A stretch of DNA of 64,000 nucleotides from Takakia lepidozioides (lineage: Eukaryota; Plantae; Bryophyta), in NCBI GenBank assembly GCA_030704615.1, contig CM060734.1:25358001-25422000 (forward strand). Direction: 5' to 3'. Both the position numbers and the translations under genes were made by a program. Shown one piece after another: positions 37,890 to 50,255 of the stretch. Under the pieces are notes generated by a model. It ran no database searches and was not told the origin of the DNA. It was given only the letters and a program-made list of their open reading frames with translations. Within the stretch, counting starts at the first letter, position 1. Each line of letters starts with the position of its first letter.

Positions 37890-38900
37890 TGTCGAGGGGA
37901 CACCGGGTAACCAGGGGGAGGTAGTAAATAGGTACCTAACCCTTGGCACACAACTTCAAGAAGCACTCAATGACCCCGGTGACGAGCCCTGAGCGCGCGC
38001 GGTCAGGGTGACTGCATATTAGTCTAGGGGAGTCGTGGTAAGTTGCGGTGTAGGTTGGGCTCACTGAACCGCCTACCCGACTGCGGTTAGTGCAAGGGGT
38101 CCGTGGTCGTACATGGTGGCTATGATCACTATCTAAGTCCTACCGGCAAAGAGAAATCACGTACTCCTCTTCACAGGGCAAGTTTGCATTTCTAAGTCCT
38201 ACGATATCCTACAATCTACTCAGTACCTGCCTTCCAAGTCTTTGTGTTTTATTGTTAAATTCCTACTGCCTAGGCCCCCGAGCCGCCTATAGCCGGGACA
38301 TGTTTTAATCCCTTCACAAGGCACCTGCCGAGCCTAGGAAGAAGAGGGAAATTCTTCCTCTCCCAAAGCCCCTCCTTCACCGAGTGCTTAAGTTCAAGTC
38401 ATCTCTGATGGAAGGGCCAACGCTTCCTACCCCAGTGCCTAAAATACTTTGTCTTAGCAAAGGAGTGGCCAAAATACCTATCATAATCCAATAGGTTCAC
38501 CAAGTTCAATAAGGTGGTTCTAAGCCCTTCAACTCAATAAGTTCAATCAATTTAATCAACACCCTTCAGGCTATAACATGCACCACGTGCATCTATCCTA
38601 TTTAAGCAATTTCGCAAATCAGAAATGCTGGAAAATAAAAGAAATTAAGAAAATCAGGAAAAATACCTCTCATATGGGAAATCATATGGGGAATCCAAAG
38701 ATACCCTTGGCGCCTAAAGATGCCCTTGGGAACCCTGTGGGAACCCAATGAGAACCGAGGAACACCCGGGAACCGTTCCTTGCCTTGGAGAACTGCCGCG
38801 GCCTTATCGGATGAATGAATCTCGCTGAGAGCTCATCCGTGCCACTACATTTGTTAGTCCAGAACATGCATGCGTAAATAATAAAATAACCACTGGTGGG
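37890..38900. mobile_element. Probable LTR fragment of another retrotransposon
   Basis: Starts TGTCGAGGGG with an abrupt composition change; non-coding; no partner copy in the window. Confidence 0.35.
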
Positions 38901-40580
38901 TCCAAGCCAGATTTCACCCCTTTACATTATTTTAAGGCGCTGGTGCGTTTTCCCTCCGTGGAAAAAATCATCCTTTACCTTGGGCTCTGACGCAAATGCG
39001 CACTTTCACCGCCTTCCAATGTAACACCACCTGGAAGTGAATATCACGTTTGCATATACATACAGGGGATTGAAGTATCTGCAAACAATATGGGATAATG
39101 TAGGCGGGCGAACCAGGAAAAGAGACAACAAACCATATGGAAATCCCAGCCGAACTACGCTTGAAATTAATGATTTGGTTCGGAGGAACGTTGGAGTTAT
39201 TTGACAAGAAATGATGGTAACGTTTGGGAATATGTTACCCGCACGCCCGCAGTTCTGTGCAGAGCGACACAGGAAAATGTCGGGCCTAAGTTACTCGCAC
39301 GCCCGCAGTTCCGTGCGGTCAATGCGGTACAGGAGAATGTGGGGTCTGTTGGGACATTGAATACTGAAATATGTGCAGTTCCGTGCGGAACTGACATGTA
39401 TTAATAGACCCGCCTGTTGATCCTACACTTTCCACCTCCCGCAATTCCGCGAACATTTACTTTGCATAAACATTGTAAATTATAATATTTATGGTAATAC
39501 AATAATTACGACATTAACTAGTTAATTAAGTAATTAATTTAAGTTCGTGTAATTTAAGTTATTTTATATTATGAAATAATATATTTTTTACCCTAATTAA
39601 ACAAATCTATCCAACTGAGTATTAATTTTTTTGAATAATTAATTAATTAAGAACTTATAGATGTAATTTGAATAATCCTCATAATTCGGTTTTTCATTAC
39701 TGTGCAATACAATTTAGAATGTATAAGTGATAATATATAATGTAATTCATACAATATTAGTACAATAAAATTACAATATAATGTATAATTTATTCTCATA
39801 GTAATAAATATATGTATCAGTGAAAAAAATAATCATATATGCTGTTTACTATATTCAAAATATATTGAAATGTCGTAATTATTTTATATATAACATACAA
39901 CATACTATTATTATATTTTCTTTATTTATATATTAATCTTGTATCTATATATTGTCTAAGTTAAACTATGTATGTTTTGCTATATGAGAACTTTCATCAG
40001 ATGAAAGAATGTTCTTTGTAGTTGTATGTAATTAGGATCGTGTATTTCTTACTTTACTGTTACTTAATCGCTATATTAGAGAATATTATCTTATGATATT
40101 CCATAATGACTGTCTATATATTCAGCAAAATATTCTTTTGCTTATAATTACATAGTTGGATGATACTAAATATATGATAAGATCGGCATTTGGTACTGTT
40201 ATCCCATATTTTGAGGACATTCTTAATTATATTCCATACATAATTGTTTATTTGTTGCGCAAATGCTACATCCCCTCATCTATTTTTTTTTTTAAACTTC
40301 TATTATGATCTCTGTTCTTGAGTCATTTGTGTCCTTATTGCTTTGGTGTCTCGTCGTCCTTAATCTTTTTCATCCTTATCTTTCAAGGGACAACGCTTTA
40401 TTTTTTAGATCCCAATGGTTCCTACGTTCCCATTCGTCATTTTAACTTTTTTTTTCAAGCACCTTTTCCAACTAACCAAATGACATGCTGATTGATTATC
40501 ATAAGTTACTTTAGCAATTGGCCCAAACATACACATCGCAATTAGCAGATTGCACAACGAAAGCAACTCAAGGTATGCAT

Positions 40581-41649
40581 AAGGTGGTGCCAAAAAACGG
40601 CATCATGAGCGGTCGCAAGCAATGTTGTTGCAGTAAGGCGACTCGATCTTCGGGGACGATTGTATCTTGGCCATAAAGTGGGCCAAGAAGAGTACTGCAC
40701 TGGTGGAGCTTGAGAAGCTCCACCCTTGGCCGTGATTTGGGGGAGTCGGCCAAACTAGCTAATGGGGAGTAAGAGTCAAGTAGGGGTTTGGTTCTTTGTC
40801 ATGGGACACCATGGCACGGAAACAAACTCCTTGATGTGGAACACCACAACTTGGATGTTAGTTTCCACAAAAAGGGACAAGTCAATGAGGACGTCGACTC
40901 CTTGTTGGTAAGGGTGTGTGTGTTGTGGCCCTTTGCCTTGAGGGCAGGGGGTCGGGACACAAGAGGGGTTGCCCCTGTGGTGGGGGCAGTGGCAGCAAGT
41001 AGGAAAGGGGGCTGAAGCACCGGCCTTGAGTACTGAAGGCACTCAAGGAGGCGGAGGTGCTCACTAGGTGGAGCCCCTTAAACTGGGTTGCGGTGGGGGG
41101 GATTCCACGAGGGGTGGTGGTAGCCTAGAGAGTCATAGTGGGGGTGACATAGGACTCACCACGGGGCTGTGGCCTTGTGGTGGGAGTCGTGGGGAGTCTT
41201 GGGGCTCACCACGGTCCATTGGGGTCGTGGTGGGTGGGCCAAGACTCACCCTGGCTCGTCACAAGGAGGCGAGGGTCTGGGTGGTGGTTCACCATAAAAT
41301 GACTTGGTTGTTTGTGAGACCCCCGCCGGCACCTACAGAAGTATATGTAGGGAGTAGTAACCCCGAGAACGGTGCAAGCCCGTTAAGTGACCAAAAGCTA
41401 GTGAGTAAGTAAGCGAGCCGGAAAGCGACCAAGGTATGAGGAGCTATTCTGGACTGCCAACAACCAAAGGGAATTTCCACTGGGCTCGATTGTTCAAGGG
41501 TCTCGTGGGGGAGCAAGGGGGACCGTTATGCCCCGGTGAGCAGCCGAAGTTCCGAGTTAGCCCGGCGGCCAGTTTGGGAGTTAGGCGTGCGCATCAAAGC
41601 GAGTAACTATGACTTAAAAGGGGAGTTTACCGAAGTGAGGTGCACGACA
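40581..41649 (+). mobile_element. 5'-truncated LTR of the same chromovirus family as 23841-25272
   Basis: Reverse-complement similarity to 23841-24735, with an extra ~160-bp block at ~41122-41280; ends ..GCACGACA; no PBS follows. Confidence 0.85.
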
Positions 41650-42049
41650 TCCGGCTACCAATGCTGCCCTGCTCCTCCACAACCTCTATATATACTCTGC
41701 CACTGAGAGTCTGTTCGCTAAAGCAGATTTGTATCCCCGTGGCGATTATGCCTCATTGTCACTATACATGTCTCCAGCTCGAACTTGCTTCGTCTGTTCT
41801 TTGCTCCTTTTTTTGTCTAGCCCCGCTCTCCCTATCGCCTCCATCGCGTGTCACTCCCCTCATGTGCTGTTCCCCCGATCCCCCTCGGCGCTCCCCCCTG
41901 CGCCGCGCTCCGCCGGAGGAGGTTGGGGGTGGAGGGGGATTTGACATGGGGCGCTTTGCACGCCAGTGAAGCTGCCGGAGGGGGGGTTCGCGGGCTATAC
42001 CTGTCAGCTCAAGCGTGCGCATTAAAATCAAGGCACATCAATATTGGGA

Positions 42050-43075
42050 CCGGTTGCTTTTACCAGTCCTTCATCTTCTTTTGATGGGACAACTTTTCTG
42101 AACATTTATGCTCATAATTCTGCTTCTGACATAATTGTCTTTTGGTCTCTAATAAGACATAAGATCTTGAATTGCCTTGATGTTGTGCACTGGGTGCTTT
42201 GTGGTGACCTCAATATGGTGGAACATTCGAGAGACCACCTTGGTACTTTATCCCATTCCCTGTCCCATACCCTGTCCTTGGAGGAAAAATATGCTTGGGA
42301 TTCACTGTGTTTATTTGTCGGGTTTATTGAAGTTCTGGATCCAAGCTGTGATGGTTTGAATTTCACGTGGTCCAACAACCGTAATCGACCTGACCTACAT
42401 ATGGCCCATCTCGACCATGCTTATTGTTCTCCCACCCCGCTGGACTGAGCTTCCGCTAATATTCAGGGGCCAATTCTTCCAGGTTTTGATCATATAAGCA
42501 GTTCAATCAAATTTGCCCTTCATGGCACTCATTCTAAATGTCGAGGTTTCTTCAAGCTCAACCCTTCCATTCTCTCTATTCCATCCTAATTGACACTCAT
42601 CAAGGAGGCCTAGGCAAATTCGGGAAATGACTATGCCTCTTCCACTCTCAAATTCATAAAAAAAAACTTGAAGCTGCTAGGAAGCCCGCTCAGTCAATCT
42701 CCAGACAATTTGTCTTGGCTAGAAATCGAAAAGAAAAGGCCCTTTTAAAATGCCTGGCTCAATGTCAAAAGGTCATAGAAGCTGAGCGTGCAGCCCCTCA
42801 GACCTAGGATTCTTACTTCTTGACCAAAACAAACCTTGCAGAGTTACTCAAAGCCAAAGAAGATAACCTTATTAGGAAAGTAGGCATAAACTGGTCGTTA
42901 TAGGGTGAGAAGATGTCCCGGTACTTCTTTCTCAAAGCCAAACAACGTCAGGCTTCTACCTCCATTGCTTCGCTTAAAAACTCCAGTGGAGTTTCTCTAT
43001 CAAATCCGAAAGATATGGTAGCCTCTACTAGTACCTCTCATTTCACTTCTCTCTTTGGCAAAAAAACTGTCTCTA
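42050..43075 (+). mobile_element. L1/Tx1-type LINE ORF2 fragment (APE endonuclease + linker)
   Basis: FLNIYAHN, WVLCGDLNMV, FTWSN, HLDHAY, (S>F)DH, FFKLNPSIL, GEKMSRYFF..IASLKN. Confidence 0.88.
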
Positions 43076-43754
43076 ACCTGGAGCCAGCTTACTCGCCAAG
43101 ATGTTCTAGGTGAGAGAGGGAAGATAAACATGTCTTGTCAAGACATGGACTAGTAAGGTCTTAGTCATAAAAAAGACAAATCAGCCACCATTCAATGGCA
43201 CTATCCAGCATCACCTTGAAAAAACCAGAGTTTGCTTCCAACCAGCAAGATTCATACAAACCAAGGGTATTTTCCAGTATCACCTTGAAAATCCAGGGTT
43301 TGGTTACAATCAGCCAAGATCTGTATAGGTCTTGTCTGAATCAGCCACAAAAAGAGGGCATTATCCAGCATCACCTTGAATTTCCGGAATTTGATTATAA
43401 CCAGCAGAGGTACATGCAAAATAGGTCTGAAAAACAACTGTATGTACGGGTGGGATTTTATCCACACCATCACTTCCATAAAATTAATCAGGCACAATAG
43501 CCAATTTGCGTAAGTATCCCAAGTCATAGTGGATGCTAAGGGCTGATAATAAGCCTAGCTGGTACCATATACAGATCTGACAAAATTTTGATGTATGTGT
43601 CTTACACAAAATCAGCACATAGTATCCAGAAGTTGGTATCAATTGCGTTCAGTGATAGATATCAGATAAAATAGAATTCTGAATACTAAATCTGTTTAAA
43701 GCCAGCACTTAGTACCATGTGCAGATCTGATCAATATCCAGTATATGTACCCAG

Positions 43755-44075
43755 GTGTCCCTTCTACAAACCGTACTTGCGCAAGCCCCTCTTGACTTTC
43801 TGAACAACTCTCTCCGCCGAGCCATCAGCCTCGAGATGGTCCCGAGAAGTAGTGTGGTGATCTATCAAGGCTTGCTCACACAAAGCCTGGAACTCCCCCA
43901 AGAACTCTCTCCCCTGGTCCGTGAGTACCTCGCCTGGAGCACCAAATCGGCTAAGAACTCGATCTAAGAATGCATACGCAGCCCCCTCACTAGCCTTGTC
44001 AGGCAATGCCACCAGTTGAATCCACTTGGAGAAGTGTTCCACCATCACCAGCACATACTTGTTATGGCGAATCGT
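43755..44075 (-). mobile_element. Gypsy integrase core fragment
   Basis: KYVLVMVEHFSKW..RFGAPGEVLTDQGREF..ADGSAERVVQ. Confidence 0.9.
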
Positions 44076-44079
44076 TAGC

Positions 44080-45250
44080 AACAATTTGGATAGAGTCTCC
44101 TGAGCAGCGATGGTATCAGGATAAGCAGGCCTCAGCATGACTGTGCGGATGCTGATGCAAGCTCGACACGCCTCCTCACCGGCATCAAACCTGCGTCCCT
44201 TCAGCATCAATTTTGCTTGAGTTTCTAACAATAGCGCCCTTAATAGTGTGAGGTCTTGCCATACAAAATCATGGAGATTTAGTGAACAATTGAGGGACCC
44301 AAGATTGGCAGCATATGCTAGTCACAGTGAGCTGTGTTTGTGGAAAAATAGAGTTTTATGAGCAAGACAAGGGAGTTCCATAAAATGCATACATGTTCAT
44401 TTATGACTTCCTTTACAAGTCTTCTAAGAGCCACATTCGCAGGATTGGGCATGGGGGTTTATATTCAAACAAGCCACCGTACCTGCTGGTCCCCTTTTTT
44501 GCCTTGTCGCCAGCATAGAAAATTCCTTGACTGATGCACAAATGATTTCTCCATGTCTTCCAACATAGTTTGACACAATCGCATGAGCTCCAGAGTAGCA
44601 AGGCACTGTGAGAAAATATTGAAGGCCCGTAGAGCAAGAGGCACCACCACTCGCTTGGCAAACATGAATAAGTCCTTCAAATGCAGTTCCACCATCACTG
44701 GGTTGTTTCCAAACTGAAACACGAGGAAAGAAGCAGCCCAGAAATGCTCACATCAGACACAATTCCCCCTCTACAAATAGCATGCGCAACTGCCCTTGCG
44801 GCTGACACACCCCCATGCTTCTGAGCATACACCTGTACCTCCTTCAATTCTAGATTAGTTCTTGCTTGTGAATACCTTGAGGAAGCAATGCACTGCTGGA
44901 GTGAGAATTTCTAGGTCAAATACACCCTCTATGTCCAACTAGTGAGAATCCAAACTAATCTAGAATCAAGGGTCTGCACTGGCTTGTACAGAGCAACATC
45001 TAAGTCCTTCAGGCCAAGATCTCTGCAGAAATTGCATGTCTCTGACAATTAACCTGCTGGGCAATTGCTAGAAGCCCACATCACAATGTCTACCTCAAAG
45101 CTGTCTCCAGTGATTTATCCGGTGACAGACAAAAATGTGCACAATAGATCTTCTGCACCAGGCAGAGTACTTGGCCCACAGACACGCTCACGGCATTTCC
45201 TGCAGGGTTAGAGCTTGTGTATGAGAGCATGTTCAATTTCACCTCTTGCC
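44080..45250 (-). pseudogene. C-terminal fragment of a TNP (TIR-NB-ARC-TPR, 'XTNX') immune-receptor-like gene
   Basis: EHFWAASFLVFQFGNNPVMVELHLKDLFMFAKRVVVPLALRAFNIFSQCLATLELMRLCQTMLEDMEKSF and HDFVWQDLTLLRALLLETQAKLMLKGRRFDAGEEACRACISIRTVML..DTIAAQETLSKLL match the conserved TNP C-terminus as I recall it. The upstream limit is uncertain. Confidence 0.75.
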
Positions 45251-46512
45251 CTCCAAATCTCACGAAATCAGGATGTCCTCCCCCATACACACTTCCCTTA
45301 TGCCCCCATGACAGCCCCTTTGTCTCTTCCTTCCCTCACTTTATAGCAAGCATACAGAAAGCACAAATGTATTAACTTCAATCTAAGTTCATCGTCACTC
45401 TTCGCAGACAAGGTGTCATATGTTTATGGTCTGACAACTACATATGCAGGTTCCTGTGAGAACTGATATATCGTGACACTGCAAACAGTGCCCTGTGTGA
45501 TATGTTGCTGGAAATGTTTCTTGAGGGATTGCTCTATGGTGGAAAGCTGAGATTCTTCACAAACAGTGACTGTGCCTATCCAAGATCCCATGTGAGTCAC
45601 ATGCTCAACAAATTGATCTAAAGAAGCCATATCACATTGCCTCAAGAGAGACGACATGAAAGTCTTATTTTATGTTGCTTTTTCTGTGCAGGGTCAGTGA
45701 CCCAATCAGACATCACCCGCACTTGTTCATCACTCATGTCACATCAAAAGCGAAGTCCTTGCCCACAACAGCCTCTTTGGGCGTAAATACAGTCACATTG
45801 TTAGGCAAATACAGTAGGGTATAGCCCTCAACTTCTTCCTCAGTCAGACCCCCTTTGAATCCTTGCCAGACAGCCTGCCGCCTTGTCCAAAGTAAAGTTG
45901 GAGTTATACTCTCTTCCTTGCCACGGTACGTACCCTTTGGTTCCTCCCTGCTTGTCTCAAGCGGGGACCTGTCACAACAGTAATGTTGTTACCAAACCTC
46001 ACAAACAAGGAGTACAATGGCTTTGATGGGCTCTGCTGAGAGGTAGAGACCAACTCATATGTCCCCCCTCCTTGTCATAGAAAGAGATGCACAAAGATCT
46101 TAAACGCAATTAACAAGCTTTGCCCTCTTGAGTCCGTCATGCATTTGTAATATGGACTGTCACTAATATGCCCGGTGGCCTAAATTTGATACACTGATAG
46201 AAACACCGAATTAAGTACAAAGTCTCCACAGATTGTCTCTTGCTCCAACACCACATGCAATTTGCTCTCAGAAAGGCTTGTGGTGCACATCTGGGAGACT
46301 TACATGAACTGTGCCATGTATGCATGCGGTTCCATGGTGGCCATGAGAGAGAGTGTTTGCCGTAGCAAAGAGCATATGGTAGTACTAACCTCTAATGGCA
46401 CCATAAAGTCCCATTCCAAGAAGAATCCGGCCGCACATCACTGTCTCGGGTCTCCTCTAGTAGAAGTGCAACGCCAAGCTTTCATTGACTGTCATAACAC
46501 ACTAGCCGACTA

Positions 46513-46720
46513 GCATGTAGCCCAGTGGTAATGGGCACATACCACGTTGGATGTGGTTGTGGGTTCAAACCACGGTCTGGTGTGTCATGAAGGTGTCCAT
46601 CTTTCAGCTGGAAGGCAGTAGCCCTTGTGGTGAAGTGATACCATAAGTTACGCTCCCTTCGGGAGGCCCCACAAAAACCAACAGGTTAGTGAGGATTGTG
46701 GAACCCCAGGTGAATCACAG
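46513..46720 (+). mobile_element. tRNA-derived SINE
   Basis: A box TAGCCCAGTGG (46518) and B box GGTTCAAACC (46562) without a valid cloverleaf; 3' limit uncertain. Confidence 0.6.
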
Positions 46721-47222
46721 ATCCCCACACTTGTCATCGATGTCAACCAAGAACTTCAAAAGCAAGAGATAAAGACAAAAATAGAAGGAACCCTAGTCAC
46801 CAAAAGCATCTTGAGCGATTGGGGAAGAGAGCTGTGCGCCATTACCACCAGCAAGCCGCCTCCAACAGAGCAAAGAAGCAACGATGCATACAAGCAAGCT
46901 TGCAAGGTTAAGAAGGGGAGGGAGAGAGACTTCCCACCATAGGCGCCGCTGCAAAAATTAAAGGCCAGAGGAGGGAACACAACAAAGCATTCACAGCTTT
47001 GTCTCCCGCACGTAAGAGGGACCAAGCGTCGCCATGTTGCGCATCCCCAGGAAGTCGCTCAGCACGGGTACCATGCAACAAACAGGGCAGCAGCAAGAAC
47101 GCACACGCCATAACGCTCAGAAGCACAGCCTGTGCTTCTGACGGCGGGAGAGACAGCTTAGGGCATTTGCCCGTTTTTTCATCTGCGCGGGATGAAAAAT
47201 AGTCACAATATCGATCGAACCT

Positions 47223-47904
47223 GACAGATTCCATCCGTAGCTAGGTTAAAAAAAAAGTTTGAAGGGTAGGGGTTAGGGTTTCACACCATAATTAACCATA
47301 ATTAGGGGTAGTTAAGATCAAATCAGGGCCATAAACAGCTGTACACATCATCCGGTTCAGATGACAGAGAAAAATTATCCATGAGCTCATCCGTTGAAAG
47401 AATCCTTCAGCATGATGAAAAAACGGAAATATCATCCATGGCAACGGTTCACAACCTCACAGGTAACTCAACATCCCAAAATTTCTCATCCGGTATGGAT
47501 GAAAAAAGCAATAAAAGAGGGATGAAAAATTAATATCCTGGCTGTTATCATCCGGTATGGATGAAAAACAGGATGATAGTGGCAACCCTCACAGAGGTAA
47601 TCCTTCATTCTCTGGTGACTCATCCGGTATGGATGAAAGTCAATAAAAGAGGAATGAAAAACCCAAAATTCATCCTAGATATGCATAGAGGTAATTCGGT
47701 GTCCATCCTGGTAGTTCATCCGGTATGGATGAAAAACAGGAAATCAAAACTGATAAGTCCGGCCGATTCCAAGGAGGGAGGGTGTACAGCTGTTTATGGC
47801 CCTGATTTGATCTTAACTACCTCTAATTATGGTTAATTATGGTATGAAACCCTAACCCCTACCCTTCCAACAATTTTTTAACCTAGCTGCGGATGGAATC
47901 CGTC
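47223..47904. mobile_element. Non-autonomous TIR element (MITE/foldback-like) with ~123-bp TIRs
   Basis: 47223-47346 is the reverse complement of 47782-47904; the internal palindrome CATCCGGTATGGATG repeats at ~47487, 47548, 47621 and 47717; no TSD seen. Confidence 0.88.
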
Positions 47905-48799
47905 CCACCAACCAGCCCCTGGTATGACAGTCCCTTATGGAGTGAGTGTGGTATACACTCATCCCGTAAGGAGTGCACACTAGACCCCTTCATAAGGTTT
48001 CTCCCTCTTCAAAGTAGATTCCAACCCCTGGATAGTTTTGCCATAGGGGCTGGAAAGGCCTACTTCCTCGCCTTTCCATGTTCAAGGACAAACAATTGGG
48101 TGTCATGGATCAGCAAACAGGGATAAGAGAACACGGGACAAACCCACTCCAAACAAGTGTAAGGTAGGACGGTAGCAACCTGCTGCCCATCTATACACCA
48201 TCCTGGTTTTAAGGCCAGTTTTTCCAAAGGTATGATAAGCACATAGCATATTACATATGCATATTTACTTAGTGGTGCTACATAAAGCAAAGCCACTTGT
48301 AGAGAGGTACGAAAGCATATGAGCCTAAGAGAGTCTAAAACTGATACAAGACATCAGCTACAGGAGACCATCTAACACGAGTAGTGTGCATTGACCGGAT
48401 CATGTAGAAGATGTACACATACTCCTACAGGTGGTTTTACCTGGGCCTAGCTCAATGTATTAGTATGAAGACAACCCTCAAAAGCACTATGCTTATCTTA
48501 AAGACCTCCGTGCCTAATTTTACCAACAAGTTTTTGCTAGAGGACATACCTTATGAAGGTTATTGTTCCATATCTTAGTCATGGAGGGGCCTTCTGCCAG
48601 GCCAGAGAAAAACCATGTTAGTATATCAACATGATGAAGAAATAACCAGAAAAGAAAGTGGTAGATGGTGTGTACAAGAACCACCAAGTACACTGGAAAT
48701 AGAAAGAGGGAAGATACTCATGTCATGTCAAGACATGGACAAGACCCACTAGGGTCATTGTCAATTAAAGACATAAACAGCCCAAAACAGGGCACCATC

Positions 48800-49400
48800 T
48801 AACACTTCCATTCTTGTCATAGCTTCCCAATTGACATCACCCAATCGTTGATAAAACAGGGTGGGAGGGCGGTGTTTGTTCATGTAAGGGACATGATAAC
48901 AAGTTGTTGCAGTCACGCAAGAGGCGAGGCACCATGGGTATACGAACCAGCCTGTAATTTTTGCAGATCAAGACATGCATCCGAGCAAGGGTCTTGGAAA
49001 AGGCAAAACAGATCATAAATACCCTAGGTCATGCACCAAACAAATCATCTTGGGCATATGAATCAGCCTGCCATATTATAGATTCAAGACATGTCTTCAA
49101 ACAAAAAATCTTGGGCATGACAAAACAGGTTGTTGCTTCCTACCATATTAGCCTTTTATTACACCAGGACTTGCATCCAACAAGGCACCTAAAAGGGGGT
49201 ATGTCGAGTGGTTGCCTTATGGGTCGTGCAAAATGCTCACAAGGCCGAAATTAACTTGGTGTCCCATCCCTCTTGTGCTCCCTGATTGTCTTGGAGAGAA
49301 TGTTGCACAGGGTTTGGTTGGCGCGCTCCACCTGCCCACTCGTTTGTGGATGATAAGGGGTCGTCTTTCGATGTTTGATGGAGAATGCGAGGTTAGCTAT
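48800..49400 (-). mobile_element. Highly decayed Gypsy integrase C-terminal fragment
   Basis: IKHRKTTPYHPQTSGQVERANQTLCNILSK..WDTKLISALWAF. Confidence 0.8.
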
Positions 49401-50255
49401 TTCATGAGCATGAGCGGCATGAGCGGAGTAGTAAGACAATCGGTTTTCATGAGCAGAAGTACAAATTCTGGAAATAAAAAACATTAAAAATATTATTTTA
49501 ATGGAATGTGTCAGACAAAAACCAACATAATATTCATTGTTTGAAGTAGAAATTGTAGTTTTGAGAGCCGTGCTCATGATATTTCGTCTTCCGCTCATGC
49601 AAATTCCGAGCGACATCTGCGAAAATGGCGCCGAATTTCACGGTAACAGGGTCCGCAAGCAGACAAATCGGCGACGTATTGCACGGTAATAGGTGTCTCC
49701 GCTGAAAAATGGTGCCGAATTTCGCGGTTATAGGTCCCAACATGATTGAAGTGTAAGCCCAAAATTTGGAAATGTGGCGCCGAATTTCGGTACATGGTGC
49801 CGTGCATTACACAGATGATGGGCAGTTGTGGCCCATGTAAATGGAAATTCGGCGCCATTTTTCCAGACATCGTTCCCGTACATGTTGGGACATAACCAGT
49901 TTTCGGCCCAAAATAGGGAAATTCGGCGCCATTTTTCCAGAAATGGCCCCCACAACTGCAACTGTTGGAACTCAGTTTTCTGGAAGATTTGCAAATTTTT
50001 CCTGCCGCCATCTTTGTATTGATTCTGTTTCGACATTGAATTGCCACTGGACGTCAACGGATATCCAGCAGTCCATAGTGTTTAGACATCACTTTAATAT
50101 TGTCTGTCTCATTCCATGAGTTTTGGGGTGCAATTCATTACACTGCAAAACAAAGTCTAATGCATCAAAATGCAATTGCAAATATCCATATGGTGGATTC
50201 CCTTTGCCCCATCAATGATTTCTGGAATCCCGGCGGAGGAGTTTGTGCAGCTCGT

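Noticed and set aside
37975-38020. Hammerhead ribozyme (GTGACGA-stem CCCTGA/TCAGGG-GAC)
   Set aside because: The core deviates from CUGANGA...GAAA at two essential positions and stems I/III are not evident.
46513-46582. Functional tRNA gene (also 17777-18001)
   Set aside because: A/B boxes are present but the acceptor and anticodon stems do not pair properly.
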